From the NCBI RefSeq assembly GCF_022482365.1, contig NZ_JAKVPE010000001.1:2034176-2098175 (forward strand): a stretch of 64,000 nucleotides of DNA, read 5' to 3'. Numbering within the stretch: position 1 is the stretch's first letter; each line of letters opens with the position of its first letter. This stretch comes from Limosilactobacillus sp. GTDB taxonomy: Bacteria > Bacillota > Bacilli > Lactobacillales > Lactobacillaceae. The notes below the pieces were generated by a model that was not told the origin of the DNA, did no database searches, and saw only the letters and a list, made by a program, of their open reading frames with translations. A program made the position numbers and the translations under genes. Shown here piece after piece: positions 1 to 10,567 of this stretch.

Positions 1-584
1 AGGTGGTTGGTCGGTTCGTCCAAGATTAACAGCTGGGGGGCTTGGAGGAGAATCTTAGCCAGGGCCAGCTTCGTCTTTTGTCCCCCGGACAGGGCGTCGA
101 CCGGCGTGTCGTAGTACTCCTCGCCGAAGCCAAAGCCCTTCAGGATTCCCCGCATCCGAGATTCATACTCAAAGCCACCGCGCTTCTTGTAGTCGCTCTG
201 CAGGCGATCGTACTTGTTCATCACCTGCTGGTAGCGCTCGTCGGCAGGGTCAATGTCCGCAAGTTCGGTTTCAAGTTGGTGAATCTCGTCCTCCATGGCG
301 TGGAGGGGTGCGAAAACCAGGTCGAGCTCGGCCCAGATATTGTTTTGGCTGTCGAGCCCCTGGTCCTGGGCCAGGTAGCCGATCGTCAGGTCGCGGACCT
401 TGCTGATCGTGCCTTCGTCGGGGGTAGTGATGCCGGCAATCATCTTCAGCAGGGTGGTCTTCCCGGCACCGTTGCGGCCAACCAGGGCGGTCCGGCCGTG
501 ATCCTGGATCTGCATGTTGATATTGTGAAATAAAACGTCGGCCCCAAAACGGCGCATGACGTCATTGGCTTGTAATAGTATCAT
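1..584 (-). CDS. ABC-F family ATP-binding protein, N-terminal part (gene continues past the window start)
   Basis: Reverse translation from the ATG (complement of 582-584) gives [14 protein letters not shown]...[16 protein letters not shown] (Walker A)...[31 protein letters not shown] (ABC signature and Walker B). It is absent from the ORF track because no stop lies in the window. The listed + ORF 42..533 is its antisense shadow. Confidence 0.85.
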   Translation of the reverse strand, partial: [194 protein letters not shown]

Positions 585-668
585 TGAAGAAACCTCATTA
601 ATATGGATGTAATAAATTCTTATCTATTCTAACAGATTTCAAGAAATTTATAAAAAATGCACTTTTTA

Positions 669-686
669 TTGTGGATCGGTTCACAA
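669..686. promoter_or_regulatory. Rex operator-like palindrome, box 1
   Basis: TTGTGGATCGGTTCACAA matches the Firmicute Rex consensus TTGTGAAnnnnTTCACAA at 13 of 14 defined positions. It overlaps the putative -35 of rex. Confidence 0.6.
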
Positions 687-708
687 AACCGCCGAAGGTT
701 GCTAGAAT
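680..708 (+). promoter_or_regulatory. Putative sigma-A promoter of rex
   Basis: TTCACA (680-685), 17-nt spacer, TAGAAT (703-708), about 100 nt upstream of the rex start. Confidence 0.4.
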
Positions 709-711
709 GTA

Positions 712-731
712 TTGTGATGTGAATTTCACAA
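712..731. promoter_or_regulatory. Rex operator-like box 2 (non-canonical spacing)
   Basis: TTGTGATGTGAATTTCACAA has a perfect right half-site TTCACAA and two overlapping left half-sites (TTGTGAT, TGTGAAT). The core TGTGAATTTCACA is a perfect palindrome. It lies just downstream of the putative -10. Confidence 0.45.
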
Positions 732-811
732 AGTTCTCAAATCGAGCTGGCAATTTGCTCAACAATAAGCGTGAGAGTTAAGAGTAAACGATCAATGATA
801 GGGGGATAATT

Positions 812-1453
812 ATGCCAACTAAGAAAATACCACGTGCAACTGCCCGCCGGCTGCCAATCTACTACCGTTACCTCACCGTTCTGATGAGTGCCAACAAACA
901 GCGGGTTTCTTCGACGGAACTGTCTGAGGCCGTTCAGGTCGACTCGGCCACGATCCGGCGGGACTTTTCCTACTTTGGTGAGTTGGGGAAGCGGGGCTAT
1001 GGTTACGACGTGGCCAGCCTGCTCAAGTTCTTCAAGGGCATCCTGCATCAGGACTCCCTGGTCAGCGTGGCCTTAGTCGGGGTCGGGAGCCTGGGGAGTG
1101 CCTTATTAAACTACAACTTCCACCAGGACACCAACCTGCGGATCAGTGCCGCCTTTGACACCAAGCCGGAGATGGCTAACACGGTCAAGAGCGGGATTCC
1201 GATCTACCCGGCCGAGGAAATGATGACCCAGTTAAAGGAACAGCAGATTGACGTTGTGATCCTGACGGTGCCGGGTGACAAGGCTCAGAAGGTCACCGAC
1301 CAGCTGGTTGAAGCCGGGGTCAAGGGGATCTTAAACTTTACTCCGGTCCGCCTGTCCGTGCCGAAGAACGTTCAGGTGCAAAACATTGACCTGACCAACG
1401 AGCTGCAGACCCTGATCTACTTTATTAAGAACTATTCCGAAGACAACAAATAA
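812..1453 (+). CDS. rex: Redox-sensing transcriptional repressor Rex
   Basis: 213 aa with an N-terminal winged-helix motif [10 protein letters not shown] and a Rossmann motif [19 protein letters not shown] lies upstream. Confidence 0.93.
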   Translation: MPTKKIPRATARRLPIYYRYLTVLMSANKQRVSSTELSEAVQVDSATIRRDFSYFGELGKRGYGYDVASLLKFFKGILHQDSLVSVALVGVGSLGSALLNYNFHQDTNLRISAAFDTKPEMANTVKSGIPIYPAEEMMTQLKEQQIDVVILTVPGDKAQKVTDQLVEAGVKGILNFTPVRLSVPKNVQVQNIDLTNELQTLIYFIKNYSEDNK

Positions 1454-1462
1454 GAATTGATC

Positions 1463-1499
1463 AACGTCCCGAAAGCCTAGTGCTGACGGGGCGTTTTTT
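1463..1499 (+). terminator. Rho-independent terminator after rex
   Basis: 9-bp stem AACGTCCCG/CGGGGCGTT (one G-U pair) followed by T6. Confidence 0.7.
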
Positions 1500-1514
1500 C
1501 GTTGGTTAAAAAAT

Positions 1515-1531
1515 AGTCAAATTTGGTCAAA
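1515..1531. promoter_or_regulatory. CtsR operator-like direct repeat upstream of groES
   Basis: AGTCAAA-TTT-GGTCAAA fits the heptad direct repeat (A/G)GTCAAA-NNN-(A/G)GTCAAA. It sits immediately upstream of the -35. Confidence 0.55.
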
Positions 1532-1539
1532 CTTTTTTA

Positions 1540-1567
1540 TTGCAATTCGGACAAAAGATGTTATAGT
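1540..1567 (+). promoter_or_regulatory. Putative sigma-A promoter of groES-groEL
   Basis: TTGCAA (1540-1545), 16-nt spacer ending in TGT (extended -10), TATAGT (1562-1567). Confidence 0.6.
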
Positions 1568-1578
1568 AATAACTGTGG

Positions 1579-1605
1579 TTAGCACTTAAGCACAGTGAGT
1601 GCTAA
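1579..1605. promoter_or_regulatory. CIRCE element (HrcA operator)
   Basis: TTAGCACTT-N9-GAGTGCTAA is a near-perfect match to the CIRCE consensus TTAGCACTC-N9-GAGTGCTAA. It lies between the promoter and groES. Confidence 0.92.
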
Positions 1606-1643
1606 AGTGACAAAATTAAATTTAACAAGATGGAGGGATTAAC

Positions 1644-1928
1644 GTGTTAAAACCATTAGGAGACCGCGTTGTTCTAAAAGCTGAAACTGAAGAAGAAAAG
1701 ACGGTTGGTGGAATTGTCCTGGCATCCAACGTCAAGGAAAAGCCAACTACTGGAAAGGTTATTGCCGTTGGTGAAGGTCGGACCTTAGACAACGGACAAA
1801 AGCTTGCTCCAGCTGTTAAGGAAGGCGATCGGGTACTCTTTGACAAGTACGCCGGCAACGAAGTGGAATACGACGGTGAGAAGTACCTGGTCGTTCACGA
1901 AAAGGACTTAGTCGCAGTGCTCGACTAG
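1644..1928 (+). CDS. groES: Co-chaperonin GroES
   Basis: 94 aa beginning [12 protein letters not shown], the typical Cpn10 sequence. RBS GGAGGG lies upstream. Confidence 0.97.
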   Translation: MLKPLGDRVVLKAETEEEKTVGGIVLASNVKEKPTTGKVIAVGEGRTLDNGQKLAPAVKEGDRVLFDKYAGNEVEYDGEKYLVVHEKDLVAVLD

Positions 1929-1994
1929 TTCGAACCACGTTGATTAGGAAACTAAAGCTTAAAAATAATTATCGATTCGATGAGGTGACAATAA

Positions 1995-3626
<1,632 letters not shown>

Positions 3627-3659
3627 TCTCTGCCGTTACATAAAATCAAATAAGTAAAA

Positions 3660-3695
3660 ATAGTCGATGGGGAAATTTCCCGTCGGCTATTTTTA
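3660..3695 (+). terminator. Rho-independent terminator after groEL
   Basis: About 12-bp stem ATAGTCGATGGG/CCCGTCGGCTAT (two G-U pairs) followed by TTTTTATTT. Confidence 0.7.
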
Positions 3696-3816
3696 TTTCC
3701 CGGGAAATATCTATCTGGGGAAATTTTGGAAAGCCTTTTCAGCACCGCACGGGTCCGCGGGTGTGGTAAAGTAGACTTTGCAATTATTTTCAATCACCGG
3801 TACAGAAAGGACTAAC

Positions 3817-5412
3817 ATGGAAAAACTAAAAGTACACAAAATTAGCCTCTTTTCCGGGATCATGCTGGCGCTGAATTCACTGATCGGCTCCGGCTGGCTA
3901 TTCGGGGCCGGGACCGCGGCCAAGGTGGCCGGCCCTGCCGCCATCATTTCCTGGATCCTTGGGGCGGTCATTATCATTAGTATCGCAATTACCTACGTTG
4001 AACTGGGGGCGATGTTTCCCGAGAGCGGGGGCATGAGCCGCTACGCCCAGTACAGCCACGGTCAGTTGCTCGGCTTTATTGCGGCCTGGGCCAACTGGAT
4101 TTCGCTCATCACCCTGGTGCCAATGGAAGCGGTGGCCTCGGTTCAGTACATGAGTTCCTGGCCGTGGTCCTGGGCCAACTGGACCCACCACTTTCTCTCT
4201 CACGGCAACGTGACTGCCCAGGGAATGTGGGTGGTTGTGCTCTTCATGCTGATCTTCACTTTAATCAACTTCTGGTCGGTTAAACTGATGACCCGCTTCA
4301 CCAACCTGATCTCGATCTTTAAGATTGTTCTGCCGACCCTGACCATCGTGATGCTGTTGGTCAGCGGCTTCCATCCGGGCAACTTTGGTCACAGCGCGGC
4401 GACCTTCATGCCTTACGGCAGCCGGTCGATCTTTGAAGCGGCGGCCGTCTCCGGGATCATCATGTCCTACGACGCCTTCCAGACGATCATCAACATGGGT
4501 GGCGAGATGGTGAACCCCCGCAAAAACATCGTGCGCGGGGTGCTGATCTCGATGATTATCACCGCGGTGATCTACATCATGCTCCAGGTGGCCTTCATCG
4601 GGGCGGTGGACCCGGCACTGCTGGCCAAAAACGGCTGGCACGGGGTGAACTTCACCTCGCCCTTTGCCGACATTGCCATCCTGCTGGGGATGAACTGGCT
4701 GGCCATCCTGCTCTACATGGACGCCTTTGTCTCGCCGTTCGGAACCGGGGTGGCCTTCGTGGCGACGGCCTCCCGGGCCCTGGCGGCAATGACCCACACC
4801 AAGCACCTGCCACAGTGGTTGGGACGCCTGGCCCGGCGCTACATGATTCCCCGTTTCGCCATGGTGACCGACTTCATTCTGGCCGTGATCCTGGTCAACA
4901 CCTTCCGGAACTGGAGCCTGCTAGCGACGGTCATTACTGGATCGACCCTGATCGCCTACCTGACCGGCCCGGTCACCGTTACGGCCCTGCGCCGGATGCG
5001 GCCCGATCTGAAACGGCCCTTTGCCCCACACTACATGTCCTGGCTGGCCCCGGTTGCCTTTGTCCTCGCCAGCCTGGCGATCTACTGGACGATGTGGCCG
5101 ACGACCATTCAGGTGATTGTGGTGATCGCCCTCGGCCTGCCGATCTACCTTTACTATGAGGTACGCTACCAGCACTCCAAGTGGGGCCAGCAGCTGAAGA
5201 GCTCTGCCTGGCTGATCGCCTACATGGTCTTCATCTCGCTGGTCTCCTATGCCGGCAGCACAGGCTTTGGTGGCCGTGACTGGATCCAGTACCCGTGGGA
5301 TTTTGTGCTCATTATCATCTGCTCGCTCGGCTTCTACTGGTGGGGTGTTCACAGTCACCTGCCGGAGATGGACCCGATCGCCGAAGAAGTCAATGCGCGG
5401 GTCAAACTTTAG
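3817..5412 (+). CDS. APC-superfamily amino acid/polyamine permease
   Basis: Polytopic membrane protein. The start was moved to the ATG at 3817 (MEKLKVHKISLFSG), which has RBS GAAAGGA. It has the glycine-rich TM1 (SLIGSGWLFGAG) typical of APC transporters. Substrate is unknown. Confidence 0.8.
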   Translation: MEKLKVHKISLFSGIMLALNSLIGSGWLFGAGTAAKVAGPAAIISWILGAVIIISIAITYVELGAMFPESGGMSRYAQYSHGQLLGFIAAWANWISLITLVPMEAVASVQYMSSWPWSWANWTHHFLSHGNVTAQGMWVVVLFMLIFTLINFWSVKLMTRFTNLISIFKIVLPTLTIVMLLVSGFHPGNFGHSAATFMPYGSRSIFEAAAVSGIIMSYDAFQTIINMGGEMVNPRKNIVRGVLISMIITAVIYIMLQVAFIGAVDPALLAKNGWHGVNFTSPFADIAILLGMNWLAILLYMDAFVSPFGTGVAFVATASRALAAMTHTKHLPQWLGRLARRYMIPRFAMVTDFILAVILVNTFRNWSLLATVITGSTLIAYLTGPVTVTALRRMRPDLKRPFAPHYMSWLAPVAFVLASLAIYWTMWPTTIQVIVVIALGLPIYLYYEVRYQHSKWGQQLKSSAWLIAYMVFISLVSYAGSTGFGGRDWIQYPWDFVLIIICSLGFYWWGVHSHLPEMDPIAEEVNARVKL

Positions 5413-5574
5413 GCCTAATTTGTCCTAATCGGTGAAAAAAGTCGCAGATTGCTTGTTGCAATGCCGGTGAATAAATTATAATATTGTTCAGTTATCCAAT
5501 CGGGGTAACGATCAAGTTAACAAAATTTCCACAGACTGATTAAAATTCAGCTAAGTTGGGAGGGAGAAAATGAT

Positions 5575-7412
5575 ATGTGGCGTTATCTAAAACGCGTGTT
5601 AATTGGGAAGCCACTGAAGACCCTGGATGAGGGTCAAACCCACTTAACAAAATTCAAGGCGTTAGCGATGCTGTCGTCCGACGCCATCTCGTCAGTCGCC
5701 TATGGTCCTGAGCAGATTACCACCGTCCTGGTAACCCTGTCGGCCGCCGCTATCTGGTACTCGATTCCAATTGCGGCGATCGTCCTGATCCTCTTGCTGG
5801 CGATCACGCTATCGTATCAACAGATTATTCACGCTTACCCCAGTGGTGGGGGTGCCTATGTCGTTGCCACCCGCAACTGGGGGAGCACCGGGGGACTTTT
5901 TGCCGGGGGGTCGCTTCTGGTCGACTACATGCTGACCGTGGCGGTTTCAACAACCTCTGGGGTGGAGGCGATCACCTCCGCCGTCCCAGCGCTTTACCGG
6001 TTCTCCATACCGATTGCCATCATTATCGTTCTGTTGATCATGTTCATGAATCTGCGGGGGATGAGCGAGAGTGCCAACTTCTTGACGGTCCCGGTCTACT
6101 TCTTCGTCGTGATGATCACGATCATGATTATCTGGGGTTTCTACAACGTCGCCACCGGTAACATTCACTACCACGCGGTCGTGGACTATGGGACGCCGGT
6201 TAAGGGCATGTCACTGGTCCTCTTCATTCGGGCCTTTTCTGCCGGTTCTTCATCCCTGACCGGGGTGGAAGCCGTCAGCAACGCGGTGCCGAACTTTAAC
6301 AAACCCAAGGAAAAGAACGCGGCCACGACCCTGGCGATCATGAGCTTGATTTTGGCGACCTTCTTCAGTGCCATCATCTTCTTCAGCTTCTACCTGGGAA
6401 TTATTCCAAACTCCCGGACAACGGTGCTATCGCAGATGGGGCCCAGATCTTTGGCGGTCATGGGGTTGGTTTTTACCTGCTTCAGCTGGCAACGGCCATG
6501 ATCCTGGCGGTTGCCGCCAACACCGGGTTCTCCGCCTTCCCAATCCTGGCCTTCAACATGGCCAAGGATAAGTACATGCCGCACGCCTTCATGGACCGTG
6601 GTGATCGGCTGGGCTATTCCAACGGGATCATCTCACTGGCGGTCGGTGCCATCATCTTGATCCTGATCTTCCATGGTCAGACCAACAACCTGATTCCGCT
6701 GTACGCGGTCGGGGTTTTCGTGCCGTTCACGCTGTCCCAGTCCGGAATGATCATTCACTGGTTCCGTGAACGCCAGGGCTTCTGGCTGGGTAAGGCCTTC
6801 ATCAACCTGGTCGGAGCCTTGATTTCCCTGGTCCTGGTCATCTGCCTGTTTTGGCAGCACTTCGTCAACGTTTGGCCGTACCTGATCATCATGCCGGTCC
6901 TGCTGTGGATCTTCTACGCGATTCACTCGCACTACACCAAGGTGGCCGCACAATTACGGGTGGCCGAGAAGACCAAGGTGCAGCTGCACGATTACGACGG
7001 CTCGACCGTGATCGTCCTGGTCGGCAACGTGACCCGGGTGACCCGGGGTGCGATCAACTACGCGCGGTCAATCGGTGATTACGTCATCGCCATGCACGTT
7101 TCCTTCGACGAGAATCCGGGGAAGGAACACAAGACGGCCAACGAATTCAAGGCCGAGTACCCGGATGTTCGGTTTGTCGACATCCACTCGTCCTACCGGT
7201 CAATCGCCAAGCCGACGTTGCGGTTCGTGGACGTGATTGCCAAGCGGGCCGAGGCACGGAACTACTCGACGACCGTCCTGGTTCCGCAGTTTATCCCGAA
7301 GCACCCGTGGCAGTTAATCCTGCACAACCAGACCAGCGTCCGGCTGCGGGCGGTGCTGAACTCGCGGGAGAACATCATCGTCTCAAGCTACAATTACCAC
7401 CTGCATGAGTAA
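5575..7412 (+). pseudogene. KimA (YdaO)-like APC-family K+/H+ symporter, split by a 1-nt frameshift near 6421-6436
   Basis: ORFs 5575..6501 (308 aa) and 6498..7412 (304 aa) lie in adjacent frames. The frame of the second ORF, read upstream of its ATG, gives ...ADGAQIFGGHGVGFYLLQLATAMILAVAANTGFSAFPILAFNMAKDKYMPH. This continues the permease fold without interruption, so one roughly 610-aa protein is interrupted. Confidence 0.7.
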
Positions 7413-7418
7413 AAAACA

Positions 7419-7456
7419 AATCGGTGCTTCGACATTCTGTCGGCACCGATTTTTTG
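7419..7456 (+). terminator. Rho-independent terminator after the KimA-like gene
   Basis: Stem AATCGGTGC/GCACCGATT followed by T5. It overlaps the 5' part of track ORF 7424..7726, which argues for the later start. Confidence 0.75.
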
Positions 7457-7465
7457 GAGAAGCAC

Positions 7466-7726
7466 ATGAACAAAAAACAGTTGCTATTCGGCGGCCTCTT
7501 CGCCCTCGGCCTGATCTTCACGGCCAGTTACTCGATCGATAACCGGGGCTTTCACTCCGGTGTCTTTGGGATCATCGGCTGCGTCTTGATGCTGGCGTCC
7601 TACGTCGGCTTCAATCAGGAGAAACTAAAAGCCCACGACCACCACACGCGGGTGATCCTGGGCTGGCTGAGCGGCATTCTGGCCTTTCTCGTTATTTTAG
7701 ATATTGCCGAAGTCCTCTTGGCTTAG
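7466..7726 (+). CDS. Small hypothetical membrane protein (86 aa, 3 predicted TM segments)
   Basis: ATG at 7466 (MNKKQLLFGG) preceded by GGAGA. Three hydrophobic stretches are present. No recognisable family. Confidence 0.5.
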   Translation: MNKKQLLFGGLFALGLIFTASYSIDNRGFHSGVFGIIGCVLMLASYVGFNQEKLKAHDHHTRVILGWLSGILAFLVILDIAEVLLA

Positions 7727-8367
7727 GACTGGGCGGCATAGGGCACCTCGTGATTGCGGGGCTGCCCTTTTTTGATTGTCAGCTGGTCGTTGAAGCGGGT
7801 CGTCAAATCGGCAATCAACTGGTCGCAGGCGTCCTGGTCGACGAAGATGGTGACCACGACGTTGACCCCGTACTGTTCGTCGGCGACCGTGATCTGCTTT
7901 TCCTTCAGAAAGTAGAGCAGCTGGTCGTGCTGGGCGTAGGAGGCGGTGATCGCCACGGAAGTCTGGATGACCCGCTGGACCAACCCCGCCTGGTGGACAG
8001 CGTTGGTGGTGACGTTGCTGTAGGCCCGGATCAGGCCACCGGCGCCGAGCTTGATGCCACCGAAGTACCGGGTGACGACGGCCACGACATTGTGCAGTTT
8101 CGCCAGCTGGAGCGACTCGAGGATTGGCACCCCGGCCGTTCCGCTGGGCTCGCCGTTGTCACTTTCCCGCTGAATCTGGTCGTGGTCACCGACCAGGTAG
8201 GCATAACAGTTATGATTGGCCTTGCGATTGTCCCGCTGTACCTGGGCGATGAAATCCTGGGCCTCCTGCTCGCTGTTGATGCGACCGAGCTGGCAGATGA
8301 ACCGTGACTTTTTGATCACCATCTCAAAGGCGGTGTTCTTGGCAATGGTAAGGAATGGTTCTGGCAT
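7723..8367 (-). CDS. yigZ: YigZ/IMPACT family (UPF0029) protein
   Basis: 214 aa with KKSRFI, NHNCYAY and DNGEPSGTAGVPIL motifs typical of the IMPACT N-terminal domain. Confidence 0.85.
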   Translation of the reverse strand: MPEPFLTIAKNTAFEMVIKKSRFICQLGRINSEQEAQDFIAQVQRDNRKANHNCYAYLVGDHDQIQRESDNGEPSGTAGVPILESLQLAKLHNVVAVVTRYFGGIKLGAGGLIRAYSNVTTNAVHQAGLVQRVIQTSVAITASYAQHDQLLYFLKEKQITVADEQYGVNVVVTIFVDQDACDQLIADLTTRFNDQLTIKKGQPRNHEVPYAAQS

Positions 8368-8423
8368 GAAAAAACTTCTTTCGTTAAAAATTGAAAATTT
8401 CCCGTACTTATTAAGTAGGGGGG

Positions 8424-9761
8424 ATGAAAATGAAATTAACAGAGTATTACGGCCGCCGGGTCATAATCGACCGGCCAGAATGGCAGGGAAAACGACCACC
8501 GGCGCCGGTCCAGGTCCTGGAGACCATCGAGCTGGGCCGTCACGAGATATATTGCCAACGCTGTGGGCAAAGAACGGCGAAGAAGGTCGCGGCACTGCCC
8601 AACGGTGAATTCTATTGCCCGCGCTGCATTAACCTGGGCCGGGTGGCCACGCTAAATAAATTTTATCATGTTCCGGAGCCAAATCAATTTGTGGTCAAGG
8701 AACCGGTGCTAACCTGGCAGGGCCACTTATCGCCCCTGCAGCAGGGGGCCGCCAAGCGGGTTGCATCGGGGATGCGCAACCACCAGCACCAGCTGCTCTG
8801 GGCGGTGACCGGGGCCGGCAAGACCGAGATGATGTTTCAGGGAATCGCGGCGGCCCTGCGCCGGGGTGAGCGCTTGGCGGTGGCCTCGCCCCGGGTCGAC
8901 GTTTGCCTGGAGCTTTACCCGCGCCTGCAAGCGGCCTTTGCCAACACGACGATGGTCCTGCTGCACGGCCGCCAAGAGCTGCCCTACCGCTATGCTCAGC
9001 TGACAGTCTGCACGACCCACCAGCTCCTGCGCTTCTACCGGGCTTTTGACAACCTGATCATTGACGAGGTCGACGCCTTTCCCTATGCGGCCAATGCGGC
9101 CCTGCTGTACGTGACCGGACAAGCGGTGAAGAAGACGGGTGGCTGCCTTTATCTGACCGCGACGCCGGGCCCATCGCTGCTGCGCCAGGTCCGTAGAAAA
9201 GAGCTGATGGTCAGCTACCTGCCGCTGCGCTACCACGGCCACCTGCTGCCGGAGATTCGGTTGCGCCTGACGCCCCGCTGGCGTCGGGAGCTGGGCCAAA
9301 AGCGTTTGCCAGCCAGCCTGGTTGCGGAGCTGCGCCGAACGCTCGCGGCCGGGCACCGCTTCCTGTTCTTTGTGCCACACGTTCGCGACTTACCCGGGAT
9401 CGCGACGGCGCTGGAGGAGGCCGGCTTTGAACGACGGATCTTTACGACGGTGCACGCCGCGGATCCCGAGCGCCTAGAGAAGGTCCAGGGGATGCGGGAC
9501 GGCCGATACGATTTTTTGGTGACCACCACAATCATGGAGCGGGGCGTGACCTTTCCGGAGATCGACGTCTTCGTGTTGGGAGCCGATGATCCGGTCTTTT
9601 CCTCCTCGGCCCTGGTACAGATCGCCGGTCGGGCCGGTCGAGCGAGCAGCCGGCCCGAGGGTAAGGTCGTCTTCTGGCTCGGCTGCCCCTGCCGGCAGGT
9701 GCGGGAGGCGGTCCGCCAGATTCACTTCATGAACCGGAAGGGCCAGGCCCTGCAGCGATGA
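8424..9761 (+). CDS. comFA: Competence protein ComFA, DEAD/DEAH-box helicase
   Basis: 445 aa with an N-terminal zinc-ribbon (CQRCG...CPRC), Walker A TGAGKTE, a DEVD box and helicase C motifs (QIAGRAGR). It is followed by comFC with an ATGA overlap. Confidence 0.85.
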   Translation: MKMKLTEYYGRRVIIDRPEWQGKRPPAPVQVLETIELGRHEIYCQRCGQRTAKKVAALPNGEFYCPRCINLGRVATLNKFYHVPEPNQFVVKEPVLTWQGHLSPLQQGAAKRVASGMRNHQHQLLWAVTGAGKTEMMFQGIAAALRRGERLAVASPRVDVCLELYPRLQAAFANTTMVLLHGRQELPYRYAQLTVCTTHQLLRFYRAFDNLIIDEVDAFPYAANAALLYVTGQAVKKTGGCLYLTATPGPSLLRQVRRKELMVSYLPLRYHGHLLPEIRLRLTPRWRRELGQKRLPASLVAELRRTLAAGHRFLFFVPHVRDLPGIATALEEAGFERRIFTTVHAADPERLEKVQGMRDGRYDFLVTTTIMERGVTFPEIDVFVLGADDPVFSSSALVQIAGRAGRASSRPEGKVVFWLGCPCRQVREAVRQIHFMNRKGQALQR

Positions 9762-10435
9762 ATTGCCTGCTTTGCAACGCTCCGCTCACCTACCGCCTCA
9801 CGATTCCCGACCTGGTGCTGCTGCGGCCGATTCAACCACCACTCGTTTGCCAACGGTGCAGCAAGCAGTTCGTACACATCGACCCTTGTACGGCCTGCCC
9901 GGGCTGTGGTCGCCCCAAGAGTGCCGGCCGCCTTTGCCCGGAATGCCAGCGTTGGCATCAGCACTATGGCTGGCACCTGCACCACACGGCCCTCTATACG
10001 TACAACGAAGCGATGCGTGATTTCATGCGTCGCTACAAGTTCCAGGGGGACTACCACCTCCGCCGGGTCTTTCAAAACGAGTTTTTCCGGCATGTGCGAG
10101 AAGCGGGCGCCGACTTAGTGATCCCGATCCCGGTGACGACCACCACCATGGCGACGCGGGGCTTCAACCAGGTGCTGGGTCTACTGGGAATGGAAAAGGA
10201 AGTAGGGCTGCTCGTGCACCGCGCCGGTGATAAGGTTGCCCAGTCACACAAGACCCGTCAGCAACGGCTGCACACGCCCCAGCCGTTTCAGCTGGCCAAT
10301 CCGGCAGCGGTTCGGGGGAAGCGGGTCCTGCTGGTTGACGACGTCTATACGACGGGGCGAACCCTCTACCATGCTGCCAGCCTGATCCATGCGGCTGGTG
10401 GAAGCGAGGTCTGCAGCCTATCTTTGGCACGTTAA
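9758..10435 (+). CDS. comFC: ComFC family phosphoribosyltransferase-like competence protein
   Basis: 225 aa with N-terminal Cys clusters (CLLC, CQRC, CPGCG, CPEC) and the PRT motif VLLVDDVYTTGRT. Confidence 0.85.
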   Translation: MNCLLCNAPLTYRLTIPDLVLLRPIQPPLVCQRCSKQFVHIDPCTACPGCGRPKSAGRLCPECQRWHQHYGWHLHHTALYTYNEAMRDFMRRYKFQGDYHLRRVFQNEFFRHVREAGADLVIPIPVTTTTMATRGFNQVLGLLGMEKEVGLLVHRAGDKVAQSHKTRQQRLHTPQPFQLANPAAVRGKRVLLVDDVYTTGRTLYHAASLIHAAGGSEVCSLSLAR

Positions 10436-10462
10436 GGAAGGTTAAATGATTCTGAAAACGGT

Positions 10463-10491
10463 TTGTTAATTGATCAGAACTACACTATAAT
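10463..10491 (+). promoter_or_regulatory. Putative sigma-A promoter of hpf
   Basis: TTGTTA (10463-10468), 17-nt spacer, TATAAT (10486-10491). Confidence 0.6.
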
Positions 10492-10567
10492 GGAATTAGG
10501 ATATGAGAAGAGTGGTCCTTCTGATATCAGATCAAGCGATTGCTTGGACTGAAAGGAGAGATGTCTG

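Noticed and set aside
42-533. 163-aa + strand ORF at the window start
   Set aside because: It lies exactly antisense to a clearly recognisable ABC-F ATPase with Walker A, signature and Walker B motifs on the minus strand. It has no RBS and a low-complexity Leu/Val/Gly-rich translation.
5413-5574. Possible c-di-AMP (ydaO/kimA-type) riboswitch upstream of the KimA-like gene
   Set aside because: The leader is only about 160 nt including the promoter. I could not find the pseudo-two-fold-symmetric conserved core of that riboswitch class. A covariance-model scan would be needed to be certain.
8385-8423. ComX/SigH-type competence promoter (cin-box TACGAATA) upstream of comFA
   Set aside because: The closest sequence is a T-rich stretch followed by CCGTACTTATT. 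It does not match TACGAATA convincingly, so I cannot support a call.
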